NCBI GenBank assembly: GCA_038243585.1
Contig: JBBSQY010000013.1
Span: 1 to 64,000, forward strand
Length of the DNA stretch: 64,000 nucleotides
Source of the DNA: Candidatus Sumerlaeales bacterium
GTDB taxonomy: Bacteria > Sumerlaeota > Sumerlaeia > Sumerlaeales > Sumerlaeaceae
Direction: 5' to 3'
Shown: in pieces, positions 1 through 8,894 of the stretch
Layout: each line of letters opens with the position of its first letter
Position numbering within the stretch: position 1 is the stretch's first letter
The notes under the pieces: generated by a model
Told to the model about the DNA's origin: nothing
Seen by the model: the letters and a program-made list of their open reading frames with translations, nothing else
The model's database searches: none
Program-made: the position numbers and the translations under genes

Positions 1-621
1 CTCACAAGCCAGCAACCTGCGCGCCGTCTCAGCCGAAGCAACCACGATCCCCGCCAGCGTATCGGCGTCCGGTTCCATAATGGCGCCGCAGTCCGCAAAA
101 ATAAACGCCCCATGGTGCCCAAATTCCGGCCGCCGCCCCAGCATAGCGAAACAAGAAGAGACATCCCCAACCCCGTCCTTCAGTCCGACAATATATTTGG
201 CTGCCCGGATAACGTCCGCCGTAGTATGCGCCGCGCCCGCCACCACCGCCTCCGTAGCCCCCGTCTTCAGCAGCATCGCCGCAAAAAACACCGGCCCCGC
301 CAGCAACCGCGCCGCCACCTTAACATTAGGCGCCCGTTCCCCATCCCGCGCCCTCAGCAGGGCATATTCCAGGCAAAGCTCATCAAACCGCGGATGCGAC
401 AACGGCATCGGAATCACCGGCGGACACTCCCCCGCCAGCCTTGCCGACCGCCAGAGCGCCGCCACAGCATCAACATCACCCATCACTTCCGCCCGGCAAA
501 CCCCCATAGCGTTAGCAGTCGCCGCCGCCTGCAACACCCGCAAATCATCCCCCTCCGGCATAAGCACCCGCCGAGGATTCCGCCGCGCCGTCTCTCGCCA
601 AAGCTCACGAAAGTCCGTCAT
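1..621 (-). CDS. pta: phosphate acetyltransferase/butyryltransferase (partial, runs off window start)
   Basis: Not in the ORF track. Manual translation from the ATG at 621 gives MTDFRELWRETARRNPRRVLMPEGDDLRVLQAA...DAVVAGAAHTTADVIRAA...FIFADCG, which are PTA_PTB motifs. The start overlaps the coaD stop (ATGA). Confidence 0.9.
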   Translation of the reverse strand, partial: MTDFRELWRETARRNPRRVLMPEGDDLRVLQAAATANAMGVCRAEVMGDVDAVAALWRSARLAGECPPVIPMPLSHPRFDELCLEYALLRARDGERAPNVKVAARLLAGPVFFAAMLLKTGATEAVVAGAAHTTADVIRAAKYIVGLKDGVGDVSSCFAMLGRRPEFGHHGAFIFADCGAIMEPDADTLAGIVVASAETARRLLACE

Positions 622-1121
622 TTGCCCGGCCCCATCCGCTCCGCGATCGCCGCCGCCACATTCGCCGGCACAAAATGCGACACGTCGCCCCCATACCGCG
701 CAATCTCCTTCACCAGGCTGCTGCTCACAAAAGAAAACTGCGGAGACGGCACCATGAACAAGGTCGTGATATCAGGAGCCAGATTTTCGTTCATCATGGC
801 CATCTGGAATTCAAACTCAAAGTCGCTCACCGCCCGAAGCCCCCGAAGGATAACATCCGCGCCGATCGAAGCAGCAAATTCCACCGTAAGCCCCGGAAAG
901 CTCCGCACCTCGACATTACCCATTTCCGCCAGGCAATGGCTAAGCATCTCCACCCGTTCAGGAACAGAAAAAGTCGGCGACCGCTTGCCGGAGTTTTCCG
1001 CCACCGCCACCGTTACCAGCCCATAGTGCCGAGCCGCCCGCCGAACAATATCAAGATGTCCAAAAGTAACCCCGTCAAAAGATCCAGGGTAGAGAGCATG
1101 AGAGGTTGTCATTATAAACAT
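618..1121 (-). CDS. coaD: pantetheine-phosphate adenylyltransferase
   Basis: YPGSFDGVTFGH, RGLRAVSDFEFE and VSSSLVKE motifs. The true start may be the Met at 1112. Confidence 0.97.
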   Translation of the reverse strand: MFIMTTSHALYPGSFDGVTFGHLDIVRRAARHYGLVTVAVAENSGKRSPTFSVPERVEMLSHCLAEMGNVEVRSFPGLTVEFAASIGADVILRGLRAVSDFEFEFQMAMMNENLAPDITTLFMVPSPQFSFVSSSLVKEIARYGGDVSHFVPANVAAAIAERMGPGK

Positions 1122-1167
1122 ACGGAAGCCGCAGGAGACCGCGAGCGCAAGAATTTACTGGTGAAGG

Positions 1168-2091
1168 CTATTCGGAATCTGGTTCATCTTCGATCGGCTC
1201 AACCGGCAGATGCAGGGCCCGGGAATAAACGTAGGTAAACTCAGCTCCGAAAAGAAAAATCATGGCCGAATAGTAAATCCAAACCAGGAGCACCAGCACC
1301 GAACTTGCCGCTCCGTAACTATCCTCCACCCCCCCACGGGCGATATAGAGGCCAATCAAAAATTTCCCGACTGCAAAAAGCACCGCCGTCACAATTGCCC
1401 CCAGCACCACGTTGCTCCATCCGATCCGGACATCAGGAAGGTATCTGAAAATAATGGCGAAAAGGATACTAAGCAGCAAAAACGTTATGCCCAGATCGGA
1501 AATCTGCAAAGCCTGTGGCGACACCGGCAGCACTTCCGTAGCAAAAGCCTCCAGCCGACTGATGGCCGTGCTGATGATCAGGCTGGACAGCAGTAAAAGT
1601 CCCACGACAATGACCATACCCAACGCCAGCAATCTTCCAAAGATAATATTTTTAAAGGTCGCGGCGCGGGGCTGCTCCACATTCCAGATGCGATCGAGAG
1701 CAATCTTTAAAGTATTAAAAACGCTGCTGGCACCGAACAATATGGCGCCGATCCCAAGTATAACCGTGCCGAGGTTTCCCCCCTGCCTGTTCTGCATCGC
1801 CGTCAAAAGCGACTGAATGGATTTAGAAACGCCAGCTCCAAAATAGCCGGTAAGTTGATGTTCAAGCTCACCCTTCGCCGCATTCTCCCCGTATATAATG
1901 CCCGCAATAGTCAAAGCTATCAGCAGCATAGGGGCAAGTGAAAAAAGGGAATAATATGCCAGCGCCGCTCCCAGCAGCGGGCCTTCATCCATAATCCATT
2001 TGATAAGGACAAACTTCAAAAGACGATAACTAGCAGCCGGCCTGCCAACCTTGCGACGATTCATTAGAAACGTTAAGCCAACAAAACCCAT
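1168..2091 (-). CDS. YihY/virulence factor BrkB family membrane protein
   Basis: GAALAYYSLFSLAP and YGAASSVLVLLVWIYYSAMIFLFGAE motifs; several TM helices. Confidence 0.93.
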   Translation of the reverse strand: MGFVGLTFLMNRRKVGRPAASYRLLKFVLIKWIMDEGPLLGAALAYYSLFSLAPMLLIALTIAGIIYGENAAKGELEHQLTGYFGAGVSKSIQSLLTAMQNRQGGNLGTVILGIGAILFGASSVFNTLKIALDRIWNVEQPRAATFKNIIFGRLLALGMVIVVGLLLLSSLIISTAISRLEAFATEVLPVSPQALQISDLGITFLLLSILFAIIFRYLPDVRIGWSNVVLGAIVTAVLFAVGKFLIGLYIARGGVEDSYGAASSVLVLLVWIYYSAMIFLFGAEFTYVYSRALHLPVEPIEDEPDSE

Positions 2092-2171
2092 GCCCGCAGT
2101 CTACTTAAATCGCTTCGTCACAGAACAAGCGTTCTGTTATCATATTACCCGATTAATTCTCTTGAATAGTC

Positions 2172-2187
2172 GGGCACGGCGCTTGCA
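2172..2187 (+). promoter_or_regulatory. putative sigma54 (-24/-12) promoter
   Basis: GGGCACG-GCGC-TTGCA matches TGGCACG-N4-TTGCW with exact GG-N10-GC spacing, about 50 nt upstream of the 2240 ATG. Confidence 0.65.
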
Positions 2188-2239
2188 TAAGTTCCCCGTT
2201 AGTTGTACATAAATAGTAGATACATTCGGAGGTTTTACC

Positions 2240-2500
2240 ATGAAGAAGTTTGCTGCAGTTATCGCAATCACAGTAGCATGCACCACCAGCGCGTTTGCCC
2301 AGGGCTATGCTCCTCAGTACGCACCACAGTATGCACCGGCAGCTTGTGCTCCGGCTCCAGTAGCTTGCGCGCCCGTATCTTGCGGCAGCCCTTGCATCAA
2401 CCCACTGGCCCCCGTTGTTGGCGTGGTCCAGGGTGTTGGCGCTCTTATCGGTTCAACCGTTAACGGCTTTGCCAGCTTGTTCGGTTGCAATCCTTGCTAA
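2240..2500 (+). CDS. small secreted Cys/Pro/Ala-rich repeat protein
   Basis: GGAGG RBS, Sec signal peptide ending AFA, YAPQ/ACAP repeats, and its own terminator. Confidence 0.85.
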   Translation: MKKFAAVIAITVACTTSAFAQGYAPQYAPQYAPAACAPAPVACAPVSCGSPCINPLAPVVGVVQGVGALIGSTVNGFASLFGCNPC

Positions 2501-2526
2501 GGTTTTAGCTAAACGTGTAGTTTATG

Positions 2527-2566
2527 TCCCCGGCAAAGCCTCAGGCTTTGCCGGGGATTTATTTAT
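2527..2566 (+). terminator. intrinsic terminator
   Basis: Perfect stem TCCCCGGCAAAGCC-tca-GGCTTTGCCGGGGA followed by TTTATTT. Confidence 0.85.
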
Positions 2567-2616
2567 TAAGGCCTCGCGCGAAGAGTAAACGCAATCTCCG
2601 CAAATAATAGTCTCCT

Positions 2617-3303
2617 ATGACTGATCAATCAAACCCGGCGAATGTTCCGCCAAGACCATCTGGATCCCACAAATGCCAGTGGGGACTTTATGCCATAATA
2701 GATGCGCAAATGGCGGGAAAGTCCCACGCGGAGGTTTGCCGTGAACTGGTAAATGCCGGAGTTAAGGTAATCCAGCTGCGAGATAAGTCCGCCACTTTTG
2801 AAGAACTTCTGGAAATAGGCGCGGAAATCAGAGACATCACACGATCCGCCGGCGCCACTCTTATTGTGAATGACAACCCCTACCTTGCGCGAGAAATTGA
2901 CGCGGACGGCGTTCACATAGGACAAAACGATTTTCCGCCGGATATTGTGCGTGAAGTCATCGGGCCCGACAAAATAGTTGGACTTTCTACTCATTCCAAG
3001 CAACAGGCCATAGCGGCCACGACATGGCCAATTGACTATATTGGCATTGGCCCAATCTATCCAACCACCACAAAAGAAGTAAAGTGCGTCCCGGTAGGGA
3101 CATCTCTAATCAGATGGGTGCGCCAACACATTCCACTACCAAGCGTCGCTATTGGCGGTATTACTTCGGAAACAATTCCCGATGCCTTGGCAGCCGGAGC
3201 TTCAAACGTCGCGGTAATTAGTGCGCTAATGTCCGCCCCAGATATTGCCGGTCGTGCTGCTGAATTAAAGTCGTTGGCGGATTCTTTTGTGGACTGGAAG
3301 TGA
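2617..3303 (+). CDS. thiE: thiamine-phosphate synthase
   Basis: QLRDK, IVND, DGVHIGQND, GLSTH, GPIYPTTTK and AIGGI motifs. Confidence 0.96.
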   Translation: MTDQSNPANVPPRPSGSHKCQWGLYAIIDAQMAGKSHAEVCRELVNAGVKVIQLRDKSATFEELLEIGAEIRDITRSAGATLIVNDNPYLAREIDADGVHIGQNDFPPDIVREVIGPDKIVGLSTHSKQQAIAATTWPIDYIGIGPIYPTTTKEVKCVPVGTSLIRWVRQHIPLPSVAIGGITSETIPDALAAGASNVAVISALMSAPDIAGRAAELKSLADSFVDWK

Positions 3304-4391
3304 CAGCCACGGAAACTGTTAGCGATATTGGCGAGCGCGAGCTCATTCGTCGCCTTGCTCCATGGGTACAATTCGGCAGATCGAATAACGGCGTTTTTGG
3401 GATCGGTGATGATTGCGCCATTTTAACAGCGTGTAAAGCCCGGCAAACAGTTATTACAACAGACATGCTCATCGCGGGCACTCATTTTGTATCCAACTGC
3501 AATACGAACTGGGCCGCCGTTGGCCATAAAGCAGCAGTGGCAAATATCAGTGATATTGCGGCCATGGGCGCCCAACCTGCATATCTTTTAGTCTCCATTG
3601 CCCTGCCTGCCCACTTTTTGCTTAACGATGTGCTCGCTTTATACGGGGCAATGTATAAAATGAGCAGCCACTACGGCGCTGCAATCATCGGCGGCGATAC
3701 CACGCGATCCGAACAAATTTGCATTAGTGTCACGGCATTAGGATTAAAAACCCACAACAGCGCTGATTGCCTAAGGAGCGATGCGCAGCCTGGAGATTAT
3801 CTCTACGTCACAGGCGATTTAGGCAGGAGCCGCGCAGGCTTAGAAATAATCCTCAATGCATCGGAAGCTTCAGAGCCACCCAAGCAGATAGCTTTTGATC
3901 TAAATTTGAATCAGAATGCGAAAGCGCATACTACTCCCCAGTCAATTTCCTTTTTAGATCAGTTTACAAAGAATCACTTTTTCCGTACGCCGAGAGTAGA
4001 AGCTGGTCTTGCGCTTTCTACACGACTTAAACGAGCAGCGATTATCGATATTAGTGATAGTCTTTACAGCGAAGCATTGCTTATGGCAGAAGCGTCAGGT
4101 GTAAGGATATCGTTGAATCTGGATTCATTGCCTATATCGCACGAAGTAAAAATGTACTGTCTGAGCAGAAACGTAGACGCGCACCAATTCGCACTGTTTA
4201 GCGGAGAAGAGTACGAACTCTTATTTGCGGTACCAGAGAACCCGGACGAATTGCATGAGAAAATGGCGGGTCTGCGAATAGGATGCACATTCACGCTAAT
4301 AGGGAGAACGAACTCAGGCAATGGTGTCGAAGTTCTTACCTCTGGTAACCCGGTAACTCTCAACGATCAAACTTTTGATCATTTTCTTTAA
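3300..4391 (+). CDS. thiL: thiamine-monophosphate kinase
   Basis: GIGDDCA, NISDIAAMGA, IIGGDT, DISD and GEEYEL motifs; GTGA overlap with thiE. Confidence 0.95.
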   Translation: MTATETVSDIGERELIRRLAPWVQFGRSNNGVFGIGDDCAILTACKARQTVITTDMLIAGTHFVSNCNTNWAAVGHKAAVANISDIAAMGAQPAYLLVSIALPAHFLLNDVLALYGAMYKMSSHYGAAIIGGDTTRSEQICISVTALGLKTHNSADCLRSDAQPGDYLYVTGDLGRSRAGLEIILNASEASEPPKQIAFDLNLNQNAKAHTTPQSISFLDQFTKNHFFRTPRVEAGLALSTRLKRAAIIDISDSLYSEALLMAEASGVRISLNLDSLPISHEVKMYCLSRNVDAHQFALFSGEEYELLFAVPENPDELHEKMAGLRIGCTFTLIGRTNSGNGVEVLTSGNPVTLNDQTFDHFL

Positions 4392-4408
4392 AAGGAGTTA
4401 GTTACAAA

Positions 4409-5443
4409 ATGCATATCCCTGATGGTTTCCTGAGCCCGCAGACCTGCGCACTTTGCTATGCCACAACAGCGCCATTTTGGTATGCTGCATGGCGCACATT
4501 AAAAAGTCGATTTGAGTCCACAACCGCGGCCTATGTGGGAATGGCCGCAGCGTTTGTATTTCTGCTTCAGATGATTAATGTGCCCATACCGGGTGGCACC
4601 AGCGGCCACGCCGTTGGCACTTCTATTGTTGCAATTGCGCTCGGACCCGCAACAGCCATCGTTGCAGCCTCTATGGCCTTGCTCCTGCAAGCGCTGGTTT
4701 TCGGCGACGGCGGATTACTAGCATACGGCGCAAACGTGCTAACCATGTCCGTCATACAGGCTTGGGTTGCATGGGTAGTATGGCATATGTTGGGCAGAAA
4801 CACCGCGGGAATACGTATGGGAGCGGCGGCGTTCGTATCCGGATATTTAGCTGTGCTTACCGGCGCCCTGGCCACGGGACTCCTGCTGGGTCTACAGCCG
4901 CTGCTGCATCGAGACATTGCCGGAATACCGTTATATTTTCCCTTAGAGCTTAATATAAGCTTACCGGCAATGCTAAGTTCTCACCTTCTAGTAGGCATTG
5001 TTGAGGGAGGAGTCACGCTAGGCGCGATTAAAGCTCTTGCAGCAATTCCGGAATTTAAAATTGCCGAGCCGGAGGCCACTCGGCGCAATGTCGGGCGTTG
5101 GATAGCAACGGCGTTAGTTGCTATGGTCCTGCTCGTACCTGCGGGAGTTATCCTGCCGGGGCTGTTCAATGCCGGAGAACCTTGGGGAGAATGGAGCCCG
5201 GAAGAAACAGCTCGGGTCGCAAATCAGCCGCAAGCGCCCATAGGTCTTGCCCGTTACTCAGAAATTTATAACGCGCCAGTGCCGGACTACCAGTTTGGTA
5301 GGAGCGCAACAATGGCTGGACAAAGCTTTCAATATATGGGAGCAGCTTTACTGGGCGTGGTGCTGGTTGCGCTTATAAGTTTTCCGCTCTACCACATGCA
5401 ACAGAAGAGACTTAGAAAGCTACGAGAGCAACCTTGGAAGTAG
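4409..5443 (+). CDS. cbiM: Co/Ni ECF transporter substrate component CbiM/NikM fused to a PDGLE (NikN-like) domain
   Basis: N-terminal MHIPDGFL, PGGTSGH and DGGLLAYGAN; C-terminal WGEW...APVPDY; AGGAG RBS. Confidence 0.92.
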   Translation: MHIPDGFLSPQTCALCYATTAPFWYAAWRTLKSRFESTTAAYVGMAAAFVFLLQMINVPIPGGTSGHAVGTSIVAIALGPATAIVAASMALLLQALVFGDGGLLAYGANVLTMSVIQAWVAWVVWHMLGRNTAGIRMGAAAFVSGYLAVLTGALATGLLLGLQPLLHRDIAGIPLYFPLELNISLPAMLSSHLLVGIVEGGVTLGAIKALAAIPEFKIAEPEATRRNVGRWIATALVAMVLLVPAGVILPGLFNAGEPWGEWSPEETARVANQPQAPIGLARYSEIYNAPVPDYQFGRSATMAGQSFQYMGAALLGVVLVALISFPLYHMQQKRLRKLREQPWK

Positions 5444-5465
5444 GCTCTACAGAAGTAGGCTCTAC
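5437..5465. repeat. tandem 14-bp direct repeat (15-nt period) between the convergent cbiM and efp stops
   Basis: GAAGTAGGCTCTAC occurs at 5437-5450 and 5452-5465. Confidence 0.85.
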
Positions 5466-5468
5466 TCT

Positions 5469-6026
5469 CTACTTAACTCGCTCGAGATATTTGTCTTCAC
5501 TCGGGTTGATACGAATCTTTTCACCTTGTTTAATAAACGGAGGAACCATGACCAGCACGCCATTGCTTAGTTTAGCGGGCTTTGGGCTGTTGCTGGCGGT
5601 TCCGCCTTTTACCTCAGGCTCTGTCTCGGCCACTTCCAGTACAATCGAGCCTGGCAGGTCAACACTGATAGGCTCTGTACCATAGAATTCAATCTGAACC
5701 TTCAGGCCTTCCTGCATATACTTCGCTGCAGTTCCGAGAGCGTCACCGTTGATAGCAACCTGCTCGTAATCTTCCGTGTTCATGAAATGATAAAGATCTT
5801 CGTCGCGGTAAAGAAATTCCATATCATGCCGCTCAAGCGTAGCACGTTCTACGGATTCTGTGCTGCTGAAACGGGTCTCAAAGCTATTGCCGCTCCGAAG
5901 ATTTCGAAGGCGAACCTGCACAAATGCTCTCAAGTTGCCGGGGGTTCGATGGTGGCTTTCCATTACGCTATGCGGATCATTATTGTATAAAAGGACCATG
6001 CCTTTGCGGATCTCATTAGCGTTCAT
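5469..6026 (-). CDS. efp: translation elongation factor P
   Basis: Start MNANEIRKGM at 6026; HRTPGNLRAFVQ, HFMNTEDYEQ, KGGTAS...KPAKL and VPPFI motifs. The ORF-track extension to 6203 runs through the tRNA and is spurious. Confidence 0.97.
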   Translation of the reverse strand: MNANEIRKGMVLLYNNDPHSVMESHHRTPGNLRAFVQVRLRNLRSGNSFETRFSSTESVERATLERHDMEFLYRDEDLYHFMNTEDYEQVAINGDALGTAAKYMQEGLKVQIEFYGTEPISVDLPGSIVLEVAETEPEVKGGTASNSPKPAKLSNGVLVMVPPFIKQGEKIRINPSEDKYLERVK

Positions 6027-6070
6027 GCGAAAAATCCCCGGTGATTCAGTTTGGATACTACAAATAAAAA

Positions 6071-6146
6071 TGGAGCTCACGACCAGGATTGAACTGGTGA
6101 CCTCGTCATTACCAATGACGTGCTCTACCAACTGAGCTACGTGAGC
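6071..6146 (-). tRNA. tRNA-Thr(GGT)
   Basis: Reverse complement GCTCACGTAGCTCAGTTGGTAGAGCACGTCATTGGTAATGACGAGGTCACCAGTTCAATCCTGGTCGTGAGCTCCA forms a cloverleaf with encoded CCA. Confidence 0.97.
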
Positions 6147-6229
6147 AACCGTGTGCCTAGTACAGGAGGCGGAAAAAAAACATTCAGGGGAATTGAACGG
6201 CATTGCCTCCTTACTGTAAGACTTCCACC

Positions 6230-7270
6230 ATGAGCCACGCTACTGAAACTACTCTTTTCCAGATACGCACTGTTTGGCACGAGACAGGCCGTGTTTTCCT
6301 GCTTGATCAGACGCTTCTCCCCACTGTAGAAAAAGTGATTGAAATAGAATCGGTTGACGCCATGTGGGATGCGATTAAACGCCTGTGCGTTAGAGGCGCT
6401 CCAGCAATTGGAGTGGCTGCAGGTTATGGAGTTTGGATTGCGGCCAGGCAGGCTTTGGCCTCAGGCGAAGACGTGCGGGCTAATGCCTTGAAGGCATGCG
6501 AACGTCTGGCTTCTAGTCGGCCGACCGCTGTTAACCTGTTTTGGGCCCTTGACCGTATTAAAATCATAATTAAGGATAATAACACCAGCGGTGCGGCACT
6601 TGCTAATATTATTCTTTTAGAAGCAGATGCGATACGCGCCGAAGATCTCGAATCGTGTAAAGCAATTGGTCGTTTGGGAGCCGCTTTAATCAAAAACGGC
6701 GATACTTTGCTAACACACTGCAATGCGGGTGCCCTTGCGACTTCTGGCTTTGGGACTGCTTTGGCCCCAATGTTCTGGGCGGCGCATATCGAGGGAAAAC
6801 AAATATCAGTTTACGCAGATGAGACTCGGCCTTTATTACAAGGCGCGCGGCTAACGGCCTGGGAACTTCAGAAAGCTGGCATTCCTGTAACATTAATTTG
6901 CGATAGCACAGCCGCCAGCGTAATGTCCGCGAAGAAAATAGACGGAATTATTGTTGGCGCCGATCGCATCGCAGCTAACGGGGACGTTGCGAACAAAATT
7001 GGAACATATGCACTAGCTGTTCTTGCTCACCATCACAATGTACCGTTCTACGTTGCCGCGCCATGGTCAACAGTAGACATAAGCTCTCTAACAGGAGCAG
7101 ACATTCCTATTGAAGAGCGTACTCGGGAGGAAATCACACTCTCAGGGGATAACATAATCGCTCCGGAAGGTATCGCAGTTTTTAATCCAGCCTTCGACGT
7201 AACTCCTGCAAGGCTTGTAACTGCATACATAACCGACAAAGGGGTGTTCGAACGGATCAGTGAATCGTAA
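6230..7270 (+). CDS. mtnA: S-methyl-5-thioribose-1-phosphate isomerase
   Basis: VRGAPAIG, RPTAVNL, THCNAGALAT, DETRPLLQGARLT, GADRIAANGD and NPAFDVTP motifs. Confidence 0.97.
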   Translation: MSHATETTLFQIRTVWHETGRVFLLDQTLLPTVEKVIEIESVDAMWDAIKRLCVRGAPAIGVAAGYGVWIAARQALASGEDVRANALKACERLASSRPTAVNLFWALDRIKIIIKDNNTSGAALANIILLEADAIRAEDLESCKAIGRLGAALIKNGDTLLTHCNAGALATSGFGTALAPMFWAAHIEGKQISVYADETRPLLQGARLTAWELQKAGIPVTLICDSTAASVMSAKKIDGIIVGADRIAANGDVANKIGTYALAVLAHHHNVPFYVAAPWSTVDISSLTGADIPIEERTREEITLSGDNIIAPEGIAVFNPAFDVTPARLVTAYITDKGVFERISES

Positions 7271-7522
7271 GACAGCTTATTACGGCATTCGCGAAAAGTT
7301 TCATAGCTGTTTTAGCCACGGAGGAAGTATGCATGCATGTATCGCACTCCAAATTATTCGGGTTTGGCTCAATATAAAGAAGCATATATTGAATACACGG
7401 CGCCCTAACTGATGAATTACCGATCATCCAGTTGGTTTCAACAACTCACCTTAATTTAATAACATCAGGACAGGAAGTCTTACCAAGCCATTACCGTGCT
7501 GGTATGTACGAAGGAGATTCGA

Positions 7523-8878
7523 TTGTTTAAACGTTCATTGCGTATCTGTGTCGCTGCAATGGCTGTAGCCCTATTGTCTGGTTGCGTAGTACTGGGCGAC
7601 AAACTCGACCAGTTCCGCTGGACCTTCATGACCCTCCCGCTTTACGTTTTTGATAACGTTGCAGGTTATAAGCCGCCCGTGCCTGTGCCAGTTATGGAAG
7701 AAAAAATTAATTTGGCCATCGCCATTAGCGGCGGTGGTTCTCGCTCAGCCGTTTTTTCCAGCGCCGTGCTTGAGCAGCTTGCCTATATCCCCGACCCTCG
7801 TCACCCTGGCCGCACGATTCTCGACGGCGTGGATGTAATTAGCGGAGTAAGTGGTGGGAGTCTTTCCGCTGCCTACTACTCGCTCTATAAACCCGCAGAC
7901 TTTTCTAATCAGGACGTCAACGTCGAATTTTTTCAACGTTATAAGTCAAATATGACTACAGACTTTCATATGCGCGGTACCGCCCATTATCTTACCCATC
8001 CATGGGAGGCCGTCAGCAAGTACTATACTAGATACCGCTTTGTCCAGACGCTCGGAGAGACGTTCGACCAGCATATTTTTAAAGGTAATACATTTAGTTA
8101 CCTTCATGATCGGGAGGTCTCGGGAGTTTCTCCTGTTACGCTAATTAATGCTACGTCTCTTGATACAGGCAAAAAATTCCTTTTTACAAGTCTTAACGTG
8201 CAGGATAATTGGGCTTTTGACTCGTCATCCTTAATTAGCAGGCTATCACAAGTAGGGCCGGCTGCCGACCGTCCGGGCCTTACTTCGATGGCAACCGCAA
8301 TGGGTACGAATATGTTTCAGCCTTTCGGTTTTGACGCCATCAATAGTGATATCGGGGCGTTTCGTATTAGCCACGCAGTGGCCGCCTCGTGCGCCTACCC
8401 GGTAATCCCCGGCCCCGCAGCGCTTGTCAATTATGCAGAAACAGGTTATGTTCACTTGGCAGATGGCGGAATTAACGACAATAGTGGTGTCGATAGCCTT
8501 GTTGGGCTCTACTTGGGTCATTTGGCTAAAGCTCAAAATTCGAAAAAGCTTGTTGTATTGGCGATTAATGTGGCGAGTGAAATGAAACCAGAAGAAACGC
8601 AAGACCCTGACGGCTACGTAAGCAGTATAGAGTATGCGGACCGGGCCGCAATGACACTTGGCACGAGGGCGCAGACACTGGCGACTGTAATGTTTAACGC
8701 TCCCCAGTCGGTAAATATTATTCCTCTTAATTTGCGAGACGCAAGCTATCACAAACAGCTGGATAGCGGAGCCACCATGCTTGCCATTAGCGAACGAGAC
8801 GCTCTGACCTTAATAAATGCCGGAGTTGAAATGGTAAGCCGCCAGCGTGACCAAATTGTTGGAGCCTTAAGTCAATAA
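7523..8878 (+). CDS. patatin-like phospholipase, predicted lipoprotein
   Basis: SGGGSRSA, GVSGGS and DGG motifs; LSGC lipobox; AAGGAG RBS before the TTG at 7523. Confidence 0.85.
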   Translation: MFKRSLRICVAAMAVALLSGCVVLGDKLDQFRWTFMTLPLYVFDNVAGYKPPVPVPVMEEKINLAIAISGGGSRSAVFSSAVLEQLAYIPDPRHPGRTILDGVDVISGVSGGSLSAAYYSLYKPADFSNQDVNVEFFQRYKSNMTTDFHMRGTAHYLTHPWEAVSKYYTRYRFVQTLGETFDQHIFKGNTFSYLHDREVSGVSPVTLINATSLDTGKKFLFTSLNVQDNWAFDSSSLISRLSQVGPAADRPGLTSMATAMGTNMFQPFGFDAINSDIGAFRISHAVAASCAYPVIPGPAALVNYAETGYVHLADGGINDNSGVDSLVGLYLGHLAKAQNSKKLVVLAINVASEMKPEETQDPDGYVSSIEYADRAAMTLGTRAQTLATVMFNAPQSVNIIPLNLRDASYHKQLDSGATMLAISERDALTLINAGVEMVSRQRDQIVGALSQ

Positions 8879-8894
8879 TCCAGAGCCTTTAAGT

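Noticed and set aside
80..1238. Long + strand ORFs (225, 304 and 187 aa)
   Set aside because: They are antisense shadows of pta and coaD in a GC-rich, C-skewed stretch, with Arg/Pro/Ser-biased translations and no motifs.
2203..2463. Alternative-frame 86-aa ORF over the secreted peptide
   Set aside because: It has no RBS or signal peptide, whereas the 2240 frame has both.
6027..6203. N-terminal extension of EF-P in the ORF track
   Set aside because: It reads through tRNA-Thr; EF-P similarity starts at MNANE (6026).
7321..7413. Small ORF after a GGAGGA motif (about 27 aa)
   Set aside because: It has no recognisable features and competing frames; cannot be supported without conservation data.
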